From an uncultured Gemmatimonadales bacterium (GTDB lineage: Bacteria > Gemmatimonadota > Gemmatimonadetes > Gemmatimonadales > GWC2-71-9), in contig CAWJIM010000023.1 in assembly GCA_963842945.1 (NCBI GenBank), positions 320,001 to 384,000 on the forward strand: 64,000 bases of DNA, given 5' to 3'. The position numbers and the translations under genes are program-made. A model generated the notes under the pieces. The model was not told the origin of the DNA and searched no databases. It saw only the letters and a list, made by a program, of their open reading frames with translations. How positions within the stretch are numbered: the stretch's first letter is position 1; each line of letters starts with the position of its first letter. Shown here piece after piece: positions 40,954 to 52,122 of the stretch.

Positions 40954-42509
40954 ACCGCTGTTTTCTGCTGCTGGTGGATGGACTCCGTCCCGATGTGGCT
41001 CAGCGAAGGCTCGAGCTGGGTGACCTTCCCCATCTCGCGAGCATGCTGCGCCGGGGCGGCAGCACCACCGCCATCACCGGGTTCCCTTCGACAACTAGCG
41101 TTGCGTATCTGCCGTTCCTCACCGGGTGTGCCCCAGGCCGGTGTGACATTCCCTCCATTCGCTGGCTCGACCGGACGACCTATGGCGGACGCTGGTGGCG
41201 CGATCGCGCTGCGGTGCGGAGCTATTGCGGCTATCAGGCGCCCATGCTGGACGCCGACATCAACCCCGCGGTGCAGACCATCTTCGAGCTGGTGCCGGAA
41301 AGCGTCGGGATTTTCACCCCGGTGGCCCGTGGGCTCGACCGGAGCAGGGACCCCTCCCGGTTGGAGCGACGGATCTGGGGCTCGGTGGCCCATGCCGCCA
41401 AGTGGCACCAGCCCTCCGATGATTCGGTGGCGCGCCACCTCCTCAAGGCGGCCGCGCAGGATTGGCGTTTCGTGTTCGCCCAGTTCCCTGCGGTGGACGG
41501 CTACACCCATCAATCGGGCCACGATTCCGCCCCCGTCCACCGGGCCTTGCGCAAGGTGGACGAGACGGTGGGCCGGCTGCGCGACCTGCTGCGGCGCCGG
41601 GGAGAGCTGGAGCGGAGCCTGATCCTCCTGGTGAGCGACCACGGGGCCTCGCCGGTGCACACCCATCTCGACCTGGCCGACTGGTTCCGGGAGCAGGGCA
41701 TCCCCACCATGTCCCACCCCGTCATCTGGGAGCGGAGCCCGCGGGCGGCGGTGATGGTGGCCGGCAACGGTTCGGCGATGGTGTACGCTCGACCCGACGA
41801 CCGCCGGAACCGCCGCTGGTCGTTCGAGCGGCTGCGCCAGCCCCAGGCATTCGGCAGCGGCCGTGACCTGCTGGCCGCGCTGTCGGCCGAACCGGCGGTG
41901 GCGTTGATAGCGGCCGAATCGGAACACGGCGGGATTGCCGTGGCGAGCGGAGATGGCGAGGCCCGTCTCCATGAAGAGAATGGGCTGGTCGAGTACCGAC
42001 CCTGGGCCGGAGATCCCCTGCAGATGGGAGGCGCCTGGAAGGGCACCTCCCGCGACTGGCTGGAGCAGACGTGGAACGGGACCTTCCCCGATGCGGCGTT
42101 TAACCTGCTGGACCAGTTCCGCACCCGCCGCACGGGCGATCTGCTGGTGGTGGCGCGGGAGGGATACGATTTTCGCGACCGGTTCGAGGTGCCGGAGCAC
42201 CGGGCCGGCCACGGCAGCCTGATCCGGGTGCACATGCAGACACCCGTTTGGGCCAGCGAGCCGGTGCCGAGCAGCGCGCTCAGGACCGTGGACCTCTTCC
42301 CGGCGATGCTGTCGTGGCTGGGTGTGCCGGTACCGGATGATATAGATGGCGAGAGCGTGTGGAACCCGGCCCACTCCGCCCAAGAGAACTTCTCACCGCG
42401 CGGTGGAGGTCGGGGCCTAAGCCGTCGGGCCCATTCACCTGTAGTTGCAAAGAGCGTCCCAGTCGGCCAACTTCCCCTCACATTTCGGGTCCGTAGCTCA
42501 GTTGGATAG
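40950..42509 (+). CDS. Alkaline phosphatase superfamily (nucleotide pyrophosphatase/phosphodiesterase) protein; true 3' end probably earlier
   Basis: LLLVDGLR, FPSTT nucleophile, DGYTH, LVSDHG, GHGSL, RTVDLFP. Confidence 0.85.
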   Translation: MNRCFLLLVDGLRPDVAQRRLELGDLPHLASMLRRGGSTTAITGFPSTTSVAYLPFLTGCAPGRCDIPSIRWLDRTTYGGRWWRDRAAVRSYCGYQAPMLDADINPAVQTIFELVPESVGIFTPVARGLDRSRDPSRLERRIWGSVAHAAKWHQPSDDSVARHLLKAAAQDWRFVFAQFPAVDGYTHQSGHDSAPVHRALRKVDETVGRLRDLLRRRGELERSLILLVSDHGASPVHTHLDLADWFREQGIPTMSHPVIWERSPRAAVMVAGNGSAMVYARPDDRRNRRWSFERLRQPQAFGSGRDLLAALSAEPAVALIAAESEHGGIAVASGDGEARLHEENGLVEYRPWAGDPLQMGGAWKGTSRDWLEQTWNGTFPDAAFNLLDQFRTRRTGDLLVVAREGYDFRDRFEVPEHRAGHGSLIRVHMQTPVWASEPVPSSALRTVDLFPAMLSWLGVPVPDDIDGESVWNPAHSAQENFSPRGGGRGLSRRAHSPVVAKSVPVGQLPLTFRVRSSVG

Positions 42510-42560
42510 AGCGCTTGCCTCCGGAGCAAGAGGTCGCGCGTTCGAGTCGCGCCGGGCCCA
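42487..42560 (+). tRNA. tRNA-Arg(CCG)
   Basis: GGGTCCGTAGCTCAGTTGGATAGAGC..CTTGC-CTCCGGA-GCAAG..TTCGAG..CGGGCCCA. Confidence 0.96.
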
Positions 42561-42567
42561 CTCTCAT

Positions 42568-42584
42568 CAAGAGGTCGCGCGTTC
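42568..42584 (+). repeat. 17-nt direct repeat of tRNA-Arg internal segment (att-like)
   Basis: CAAGAGGTCGCGCGTTC identical to 42527-42543. Confidence 0.8.
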
Positions 42585-42840
42585 ACGCACCCGCTGCGCG
42601 GGTACCCGGCGCCGAGCCCATTCCAGAATTCAATCCCCGCTTGCATCTCCCTCGCTGGCGGGGGCGTTGTTTTCCTTCCAAAATGATCCTTGATCCAGTT
42701 GATCCCCCCCGAGACTCGGCGCAGGCGGTCGTCTCCGATTGCCGTCTGGGCCAGGCGCCCGAATTGTCCTCCCAACCGTGCCTCCAGGGGGGAAGGCGGG
42801 ATGCTTACCTTACCAAGCAGATGAAGAAAAGGAAGCAGGA

Positions 42841-43848
<1,008 letters not shown>

Positions 43849-43857
43849 GCCGAGATT

Positions 43858-44172
43858 ATGGTCCCCAAGAAGAAGAGGATTCATCGCCGGCGCGACGCCG
43901 ACCCCGCCGAGGGCCTCAAGAAGTACGGCCAGACCCGATTTGCCGATCCGACCAACAAGAAATACCCGATCGACACGCCCGGCCGGATCAAGGCGGCCTG
44001 GGCCTATATCCACCAGCCCAGCAATGCCCGGAAGTACAGCGCAGCCGAGCGCCGGACCATCACCGGCCGAATCAGGCAGGAGGCGAAACGCCGGAGGGTG
44101 ACGCTTCCCGACCCCGAGGAGTTCCTGGAGCTGATGGCGCGGGTGCGCTCCCGGAGTCGAAGCTCCAACTAG
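43858..44172 (+). CDS. Small basic protein, DUF6582-like
   Basis: FADPTNKKYPIDTPGRIKAAWAYI..Y...E...I..RI; family assignment from memory. Confidence 0.7.
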   Translation: MVPKKKRIHRRRDADPAEGLKKYGQTRFADPTNKKYPIDTPGRIKAAWAYIHQPSNARKYSAAERRTITGRIRQEAKRRRVTLPDPEEFLELMARVRSRSRSSN

Positions 44173-44173
44173 G

Positions 44174-44452
44174 TCAGAAGGTGGTGTCCTCCAGGGCGAA
44201 CCGCACCGCGTCCACCGAGGTATGGATCGGGCCTTCCCGCAACACCGTGAAGGCCTTCCGCTGATTGGGGCTGCCCCCGGTAATAAACCAGGCGTAACAC
44301 AGGAGGGCGCGGGGATGCCCCAGGATGTCGAACAGGGCTACCTCGAACTGCTGGTTCTGCTCCCGGACTCGCTCGGAGGCCCGGTAGGTGGCGGGGCAGC
44401 GATGAGCACGCTCGACCGCCGCCTTCAACTGCGCGATTTCAGTATCGTTCAT
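44174..44452 (-). CDS. Small hypothetical protein
   Basis: MNDTEIAQLKAAVERAHRC..FDILGHPRALLCYAW..TVLREGPIHTSVDAVR; ATG 8 nt after the upstream stop. Confidence 0.7.
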   Translation of the reverse strand: MNDTEIAQLKAAVERAHRCPATYRASERVREQNQQFEVALFDILGHPRALLCYAWFITGGSPNQRKAFTVLREGPIHTSVDAVRFALEDTTF

Positions 44453-44460
44453 CCTATACC

Positions 44461-44737
44461 TTACGCAGGACTGTTGCGCCTGCGGGACTCGCTGCGTGAT
44501 TGTGGGGTCGAGGCGCCGCCGCGGAACTCGAAATGGTCGGACCGGAGAACCCGCTCGGGGGCCATGTACCCGCGGTCCGGCTGGCGAAGCATCCAGGCCA
44601 CCACCCGGTCCGCCATCAGCGCTGCCGACTCCCAGTGCGCCGGCTCCAGCGGTGGATACAGGTGAGCAAACTCGGGCCTGAGGCGCGCCTCTCGAATCCT
44701 TGGTTCCTGGAGATCGCTTCGGTCTTCGATAATCCAC
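44461..44737 (-). CDS. Small unrecognised protein, HFEFRG family copy B (absent from ORF track; 1-nt shift near start)
   Basis: Manual translation ..EPRIREARLRPEFAHLYPPLEPAHWESAALMADRVVAW..ERVLRSDHFEFRGGAS..SPA*; RBS AGGAGAGGA before GTG 44737. Confidence 0.8.
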
Positions 44738-45011
44738 GCTCCTCTCCTGGTCGCACGTGTCCCGCGCCGCGCCGTTGGCCCAGCCCGGAACGACGTTGTC
44801 CAGTGGTATACCGCTGTAATCCGGCTATACCGGTGGGGCTTCCAACTGCGAGGAAACTAGCGGATCAAGCCCCTCCTGCCGTGACTCTGCTCACGCGTGT
44901 CGCCAGCGACCATTTCTTGATGTAGCTTAGGAAAACAGAGCCGAACGGCTCACCCGTTTCGCCCTCCTCGTGGGGAGGGCTCCTGAACGCCCTCGAGGCG
45001 CCGGAGCCTTC

Positions 45012-45827
45012 ATGCCCACGCATCGTATCGCCTATTCCCGCCGACGCGAGTCCGCCCATACGCTGCCGTACGTGGAGCCCATTGCCCTGGTTCCGCGTCC
45101 CGATCCCTTCGATGATCCCGACTGGATCTTCGAGCCCAAGTACGACGGCTTTCGCGGTCTGGCGTATTCCTCCGGCTCCGGCTGTGAGATCCGATCCCGC
45201 CGCGACATTCCCCTGAGACGGTTCGAGGACCTCTGGAACCGGCTGTCCGAGGTGCTGCGAGGAAGAGAGGCCATCCTGGATGGGGAGATCGTGGCCCTCG
45301 ACCGGAAGGGCAAACCGGTCTTTGACCGTCTGGTCCGGCGTCAGGGGTTCATAGCGTTCGCCGCGTTCGATCTGCTCTGGCTGGACGGACAGGACCTCAG
45401 AGGCGAGCCCCTGGTCAGCCGAAAGGAGCTGCTCGGTTCCCTGCTGCCGGAGGACACCGGGCCTCTGTACAAGGTGCTCGCCATCGAGGAGCATGGCCGG
45501 GCGCTTTACGGGGCGGCAAGGCGAATGGATCTGGAGGGGATCGTGGCCAAGCGGAAAGCCGATCGGTACGAGCCGGGAACGGTCTGGTACCGGATTGCCA
45601 ATCCGGCACACCGGCGAATCCACGGCGCCCTCCCGGCCGGGGCACCTCAGGGAACGCCCTGCGCACTCCGCTCCCGATCGATAGACGGTTGCCGTGCCTG
45701 CCCCGGGATTGACTCCAACCCCGGGACCCACAACCTTGTACACCGAGTTGGTCAGACGGTCGGCCTCAATCGAGCCGGTCATCTCGCTCGCCGTAACCCC
45801 GTGACTATCACAACTGCTCCTTCGTGA
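45012..45827 (+). CDS. ATP-dependent DNA ligase adenylation domain without OB fold (3' end uncertain)
   Basis: WIFEPKYDGFR (motif I), LDGEIV (III), AFDLLWLDG (IIIa), LEGIVAKR (IV); similarity ends near 45620. Confidence 0.8.
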   Translation: MPTHRIAYSRRRESAHTLPYVEPIALVPRPDPFDDPDWIFEPKYDGFRGLAYSSGSGCEIRSRRDIPLRRFEDLWNRLSEVLRGREAILDGEIVALDRKGKPVFDRLVRRQGFIAFAAFDLLWLDGQDLRGEPLVSRKELLGSLLPEDTGPLYKVLAIEEHGRALYGAARRMDLEGIVAKRKADRYEPGTVWYRIANPAHRRIHGALPAGAPQGTPCALRSRSIDGCRACPGIDSNPGTHNLVHRVGQTVGLNRAGHLARRNPVTITTAPS

Positions 45828-48604
45828 CTAGAAGACCGTGGATGGAGCGGCTGAGGCCCTACCTCTGGGCCGTGATTGCAACAGCCGTGGCAATCCTGCT
45901 CCGCTCGGCCCTGACCCCCATCGTCGGGGTGAGGCTGCCGTTCATCACGCTGTTCCCCGCGGTATTCGTCTCGGCCTACCTGGGCGGTTTCGGCCCCACC
46001 GTTCTGACCACCCTGGTCGGCATGACGGTCGCCGTGTTCTGGTTTAGCGGACCCACGTACGCCGCCACCTTTTCCGACCCCATCGCTCAAATCGGATTAG
46101 CGCTTTTCGGCCTCTCCGGCGCCGCCATCGGCTGGTTGGGTGAGACTCGGTTTAGAGCCCATCTCAAGACCGCGGAGGCGTTGCGCATCGCGGAACGGGA
46201 AATGGCCCGGGCGGAGCAGGAGGCGGTCCGGGCGGAGGAAGAGGCGGCCCGCGCCGAAGAGGAGTCAGCCCGGGCCGAGGAAGAAACCCTGCACTCCGAG
46301 GAACAGACCGCCCGCGCCGAGCAGGAGGCGAAGCGTGCGGCGCAGGCATCGGAGCGGGTGGAGCGCATTCTGAGCAGCATCACCGACGCCTTCACCGTGG
46401 TGGATCACCAGTGGACCATCACCTATATGAATGAACGGGCCGCGGCGATGGCCGGAGGAAAGCCTTCGGACTACATAGGCCGGAACCATTGGGAGGCCTT
46501 TCCGGCCATGGTGGGCAGCCCGTTCGAGGATGCCTACCGGCGCGCCGTGGCCGGCGAGCACGCGGCCAAGGTCACGGCTTTCTACCCGCCCCGCGAGATC
46601 TGGATCGAGGCCACGGCATATCCCTCGGTTGAAGGCTTGACCGTCGTAGCGCAGGACGTGACCCACCGGGTCCGGGCGAACGAGGCCACCGCAAGGCTCG
46701 CCGCGATCGTGACCTCCTCCGAAGACGCCATCATCGGCAAAAAGCTGGATGGTACGGTCACCAGCTGGAACCACGCCGCCGAGGAGATCTTCGGCTATAC
46801 CGAGGCGGAGATGGTCGGGAGCTCGATCTACCGGCTGATTCCGGCCGAGCTGCATGACTCGGAGACCGATATCCTGCGGCGCGTGTCCCGGGGTGAGCCG
46901 GTCGAATTTTCCGAGGTCGAGCGCGTCCGGAAGGACGGCCAGCGGATCCATATCGCACTCTCGGTCTCCCCCATCCGGGACGGCTCGGGGAAGGTGGTGG
47001 GTGCCGCGTCGGTCAAGCGCGACGTCACGGAGCGAAAGCGGATTCAGGCGGCGCTGGAAGCCGAAAGCGCCCGCAGCCGGGAGTTGGCCCAGGCGCTGGA
47101 GGTAGCCCAGGCGTTAGTCCGGGACTTGGACGGGCGGATCACGTACTGGAGCAGTGGCGCGGCCCGGCTGTACGGATTCACCGCCGCGGAGGCCATTGGC
47201 CGGGTCTCGCACGAGCTGCTGCAGACCGAGTTCCCACTGCCGCTGGAGGAGATCCGGAGCGCGTTGCAGGCCGCGGGCCGCTGGCAGGGCGAGCTGGTCC
47301 ACGTGGCCAAAGACGGACGCCGGATCCACGTGGCCGCCCAGTGGATCCTTCAGCGGCGCCGGCGCGAGGAGTCAGCGTCGGTTATCGAGGTTACCACCGA
47401 CGTCACCGCCCAACGGCTGATCGAGGAAAGGGTGCGGCAGAGCGAGCGGATGGAAGTGGTCGGACAGCTCGCCGGCGGTGTGGCCCACGAAGCCAACAAT
47501 CAGATGACGGTCGTCCTCGGCGCTTCGAGTTTTCTGCTGGGCCGCCCCGATCTTCCGGAAGCCGCCCGAAAGGACCTCGAATACATCCGGGAGGCGGCCG
47601 AGCGCACTGCGGCCATAACAGCTCAGCTCCTTGCCTTCAGCCGCCGGCAGGTCGTGCAGACCCGGGTCTTCGAGCTGGACGACGTGATCCAGGGGCTCGA
47701 GGGCGTCCTCCGCCGCGCCCTGGGCGAGCGCTCAACGCTCGTGCTGCAGCTCCGGGCCGGCAGCCGGGTCAACGCCGATCCGGGTCAGGTGAGCCAGGTG
47801 CTGCTGAATCTCGTGCTCAACTCGCGCGACGCCATGCCCCTGGGTGGACGCCTCAGCATCGAAACCCTCGTCACCGAGCTGACCGAATCCTATGCCAAGC
47901 AGCGGCCCGGCGTGGCCATCCGGCCCGGCTCCTACGCCGTGGTGGCGGTCAGCGATACCGGCCACGGCATGGGACCTGAAACCCTGGGCCATCTGTTCGA
48001 GCCGTTCTACACGACCAAGCCCATTGGTAAGGGCACCGGGCTCGGACTGGCCACCGTCTATGGAATCGTGAAGCAGAGCCAGGGTTACGTCTGGGCCTAT
48101 AGTGAACTGGGCCAGGGCACCACATTCAAGATCTATCTACCGCTCGACGCGTCCTCGGTGGCCCCCACCGCGATGGCTGAGCCGCCGGCCCGGGCCACAG
48201 GTGAGACGGTGCTTCTGGTGGAGGACGAGCCCGCCGTCCGGATCATGACCTCGCGGGCGCTGCAGGAATTCGGCTATGGGGTCATCGAGGCGAGCGGAGG
48301 ACATCAGGCGCTCGGAGTGCTGGAACGGAAGGACACCCCCATCGATCTGCTGATCACCGACGTAATTCTGCCCGGCATGGATGGTCCCGAGCTGGCCCGC
48401 CGCGCCGCGGAGCTCACCTCAGATCTGCCGGTGCTCTTCATCAGCGGCTACACCGACGCCGAGATCGTCCGCCGCGGCTTGCTTCAGGAAGGTCAGCCGT
48501 TTCTGCAGAAGCCATTCACTCCGGAAGCCCTGGCGGTGCAAGTCACCAGGCTGCTGAAGCAAAAGGTCAAGTCAGGCAAGCGGAGCACCGCCGGAGTGCG
48601 CTAG
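45824..48604 (+). CDS. Hybrid sensor histidine kinase (DUF4118-like TM, 3 PAS, HisKA, HATPase, REC)
   Basis: PFITLFPAV..GG.GP TM region; PAS/PAC DVT motifs; AHEANN; FEPFYTTK..GTGLGL; C-terminal receiver. Confidence 0.93.
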   Translation: MTRRPWMERLRPYLWAVIATAVAILLRSALTPIVGVRLPFITLFPAVFVSAYLGGFGPTVLTTLVGMTVAVFWFSGPTYAATFSDPIAQIGLALFGLSGAAIGWLGETRFRAHLKTAEALRIAEREMARAEQEAVRAEEEAARAEEESARAEEETLHSEEQTARAEQEAKRAAQASERVERILSSITDAFTVVDHQWTITYMNERAAAMAGGKPSDYIGRNHWEAFPAMVGSPFEDAYRRAVAGEHAAKVTAFYPPREIWIEATAYPSVEGLTVVAQDVTHRVRANEATARLAAIVTSSEDAIIGKKLDGTVTSWNHAAEEIFGYTEAEMVGSSIYRLIPAELHDSETDILRRVSRGEPVEFSEVERVRKDGQRIHIALSVSPIRDGSGKVVGAASVKRDVTERKRIQAALEAESARSRELAQALEVAQALVRDLDGRITYWSSGAARLYGFTAAEAIGRVSHELLQTEFPLPLEEIRSALQAAGRWQGELVHVAKDGRRIHVAAQWILQRRRREESASVIEVTTDVTAQRLIEERVRQSERMEVVGQLAGGVAHEANNQMTVVLGASSFLLGRPDLPEAARKDLEYIREAAERTAAITAQLLAFSRRQVVQTRVFELDDVIQGLEGVLRRALGERSTLVLQLRAGSRVNADPGQVSQVLLNLVLNSRDAMPLGGRLSIETLVTELTESYAKQRPGVAIRPGSYAVVAVSDTGHGMGPETLGHLFEPFYTTKPIGKGTGLGLATVYGIVKQSQGYVWAYSELGQGTTFKIYLPLDASSVAPTAMAEPPARATGETVLLVEDEPAVRIMTSRALQEFGYGVIEASGGHQALGVLERKDTPIDLLITDVILPGMDGPELARRAAELTSDLPVLFISGYTDAEIVRRGLLQEGQPFLQKPFTPEALAVQVTRLLKQKVKSGKRSTAGVR

Positions 48605-48687
48605 CCGCTTTACGGGCCAGCGCGGTCCGGACCTGACTTGCTCCTCCGGCCGGAATACTTCTTACTTCAGCAGTGCTCGCCACCCAA

Positions 48688-51501
48688 ATGCGTAGAGGAG
48701 TTACCCCCTACCTGATTACCGGGGCCGCCGTGCTGCTCATGACGGTGGTCCGCTGGCTGTTGGACCCCATCCTGGCCCAACAGCTTCCATTCATCACCTT
48801 CATTGTTGCCGCACTGTTCGCTGCCTGGCTGGGCGGGCTCGGGCCCGCCCTGTTTGCCACTGTGGTGGGCGGCGCGCTCGCCCTCTTCCTCTTCATCCCT
48901 CCGGCATACTCGCTCCACTCGATCGGGACCATGGGCACGGTGGGGATGCTGCTGTTCGTCCTGACCGGCTTGACCGCAGGATTGCTGGGCGAATCTCGCC
49001 TCCGGGCCCAGGCCCGCGCCGAGGCGTCAGCGATCGAAGCCCAAAACGCGGCGAACCTGGCTCGGTCGGAGGCCAGGCGCGCCCAGAGGAGAAATCGCGG
49101 GCCGAGGCCGCCGCGCTGGAGGCGGAAGAAGCGCTCAACCAGCAGCTCGAGGTGGAGGCGGCGCTCCGGAGCAGCGAGGCGCGCTTTCGCGCCATGGCCG
49201 AGTCGTCTCCCCTGGGCATCTACATCACCGACCCTGCCGGTGATTGCTTCTACACCAACCCGGCCTACCAGCGGATCTCCGGATTGAGCGAACAGCAGGC
49301 CCGGGGAACCGGATGGAGCAAGGCGATTCACCCGGAGGACCGGGAGCGAGTGTTCCGGGAGTGGTATCAGGCGGCGGAGCGCAGAATTCCCTTCCAGAGT
49401 GAGCATCGATTTGCCCACGCCGACGGCAAGGTGGTGTGGACCCGGGTGAACGCCGCGGAGATCACCGACGAGGAACAACTCGTAGGGTACGTCGGGCTGG
49501 TGGAGGACATCTCGCAGCACGCGGCGGCTCAGACGGCGCTGCGGCAGAGCGAGGAGCGCTACCGGGCATTCATCGAGCAGACGGCGGAGGGTGTCTGGCG
49601 ATTCGAGATGGAGCAGCCGGTGCCGGTGACGCCTGCCCGAGGACGAGCAAATCGAGCGCTTCTATACCCACGCCTATCTGGCCGAATGCAACGACGCCCT
49701 GGCCCAGATGTACGGCTACAGCAAGGCGGGAGAGCTGATCGGTGCGCGCCTGGGTGACATGGTGCCCCGCTCCGACCCGCAGAACCTGGAGTACCTCCGC
49801 GCATTCATTCGGAGCGGGTACCGCCTGACCGACGCGGAATCGCACGAAGTCGATCGCGAGGGAAACGAGCGCTACTTCCTGAACAACCTGATCGGATTCG
49901 TATCCGAGGGACGAACTGCGGCGCGCCTGGGGCTCCCAGCGCGATGTTACGATCAATCGACAGGCCGAGTCCGCCATTCTGGCCAGCGAGGCCCGTTTTC
50001 GCAGCGTGTTCGAGTCGGGCATGATCGGTATCGCCTTCTGGAACGGCCAGCTGATCACCAGCGCCAATGATGTCCTGCTCGACATGCTGGGCTACACCAG
50101 AGAGGATCTGGCCCAGGGGCGGCTTCGGCAGGGCCGCCTCACCCCGCCGGGATACGAGGGGGCTGACCGTAAGGCTACCGAGGAAACCCGGCTCAAGGGC
50201 TCATGCACTCCGTACGAAAAGGAGTTTTTGCGGAAGGATGGAACCCGGGTTCCCGTACTGGTGGGAGGAGCTCGGCTGGCCGATCACATGGCCGACGCCG
50301 TGTTCTTCGTGCTGGATCTTACGGCCCGCCGCCAGGCGGAGGACCGCCTGCGACAGGCGGAGCGAATCGAGGTCGTGGGTCAGCTGGCGGGTGGCATGGC
50401 CCACGAAGCCAACAACCAGATGTCCGTGGTCCTGGGCGCCGCCAGCTTCATTCTCGCCCGGAAGGACCTGCCCGAGCCCGTGAGACAGGACGTGGACTAT
50501 ATCCGGCAGGCCGCCGAACGCACCGCGTCCATCACCCGCCAGCTGCTCGCCTTCAGCCGGCGGCAGATCCTCAAGCCCGAGGTGGTAGATCTGAACGCGG
50601 TGCTGAACAACCTTCAGCCCATTCTCCGCCGCACTCTGACCGAACAGCAGACGCTGGAGCTCCGGCTGGATCCGACGGTGGCTCCGATACGGGCCGACCC
50701 GGCCCAGCTCGATCAGGTCCTGCTGAACCTCACGATCAATGCCCGGGACGCGATGCCCGACGGCGGCACCTTGACCATCGAGACCCGCGAGGTGGAGCTG
50801 GCCGACGAGTATGCCGCCCGGCGGCCGGGCGTCTCCATCATTCCGGGCACGTACACCGCTTTGGTCGTAGCGATACCGGCCATGGCATGGATCAGGAAAC
50901 GATGAAGCATCTGTTCGAGCCGTTCTTCACCACCAAAGCCGTCGGACAGGGAGCGGCCTGGGCCTGGCGATGGTGTACGGCATCGTGAAGCAGAGCGGCG
51001 GATAACATCTGGGCTTACAGCGAGCCCGGCATGGGAACGACCCTCAAGCTGTATTTCCCCTCGGTGCGGGAATCGGCGAGCGGATCCGCGCCCAGCGGAG
51101 CCGGATCAGCCGAGCGCCGAGCTGCCAGCGGAAGGATACTGATCGTCGAGGACGATCCCCTGGTGCGGGAGATGGCCCGGCGCTCGTTGTCCGAGGCGGG
51201 ATACGAGGTAATGGAGGCGGCCAACGGACAGACCGCGCTGGATCTGGTCTCCCGAGGGCTCGCGGAGTCGATGCGGTGCTCACCGACCTCGCAATGCCGG
51301 GCATGGGCGGACGAGAGCTGGCGCGGCGACTGTGGGAGAGCCGGCCCAGCTCTGCCGGTGGTCTTCATGTCGGGCTACACCGATGACGTCGTCATTCGCC
51401 GCGGCCTGCTGGAGAGCGGAGTCCCGTTTCTGGAGAAGCCGCTGTCCCCCGTCGAGCTCGCCCGAAAGATGCGACAGGTGCTCAATGGCGGAATGCTGTG
51501 A
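48688..51501 (+). CDS. Hybrid sensor histidine kinase paralog (multiple frameshifts)
   Basis: Same TM module, three [25 protein letters not shown] and receiver across ORFs 48673, 49152, 49708, 50006, 51031. Confidence 0.85.
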
Positions 51502-51662
51502 GCAACCTCACTCCCCTCGTCTCCCGACAACTACATATATTTCCTCGCCCTGTCGGGCCGGGGTTGTGACACTCCGAGCGGGCCTTGGTCATCGGAGACA
51601 GCGTCCAACCCCGAACTCAAGGCCGTCGCTCTCCGCGGCGGCCCTCCTCAAGGAGTCGAGGC

Positions 51663-52096
51663 ATGGCTAATCGTGAAGGGGGCAAACCTGGCGGCGGAGG
51701 CGGCGGCCAAGGTGGCGGTGGTGGTCAGAAGGGTGGTGGCGGCGGACAAGGCGGCGGTGGGGGCCAGAAGGGCGGCGGCGGTGGCGGCGGTGGTCGACCC
51801 GGAGGACCTGGTGGTGGTGGCGGACAGGGTGGCGGCGTGGCGGGGCGGGCAAAAGGGCGGCGGCGGTGGCGGCGGTGGTCGTCCCGGCGGTCCGGGTGGC
51901 GGCGGTGGTCAGGGCGGCGGCGGTGGCGGCGGCGGTCGTCCTGGTGGTCCGGGTGGCGGCGGCGGCCAGGGTGGCGGCGGACAGGGTGGTGGAGGTGGCG
52001 GTCAACGAGGGGCGGTGGCGGCGGTGGACAGGGTGGTGGTGGGCGGGCGGCGGTGGCTGGGGCGGCGGCGGTGGAGGCCAGGGAGGCAACCGGTAG
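51663..52096 (+). CDS. Extremely glycine-rich small protein (frameshifted)
   Basis: AAGGAG RBS, MANREGGKPGGGGGGQGG..; GGY codon runs; ends GGQGGNR-TAG. Confidence 0.7.
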
Positions 52097-52122
52097 GTAA
52101 ACAGCGCAACAGGCGTGATGAA

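Noticed and set aside
42420..42509. Phosphodiesterase CDS overlapping tRNA-Arg as a real gene overlap
   Set aside because: Recognisable protein ends near 42360 and an out-of-frame TAA lies at ~42418; likely an indel artefact.
44925..44962. Possible ECF sigma promoter (GGAAAAC..CGTT) upstream of the ligase
   Set aside because: Weak match and not seen repeated upstream of neighbouring genes.
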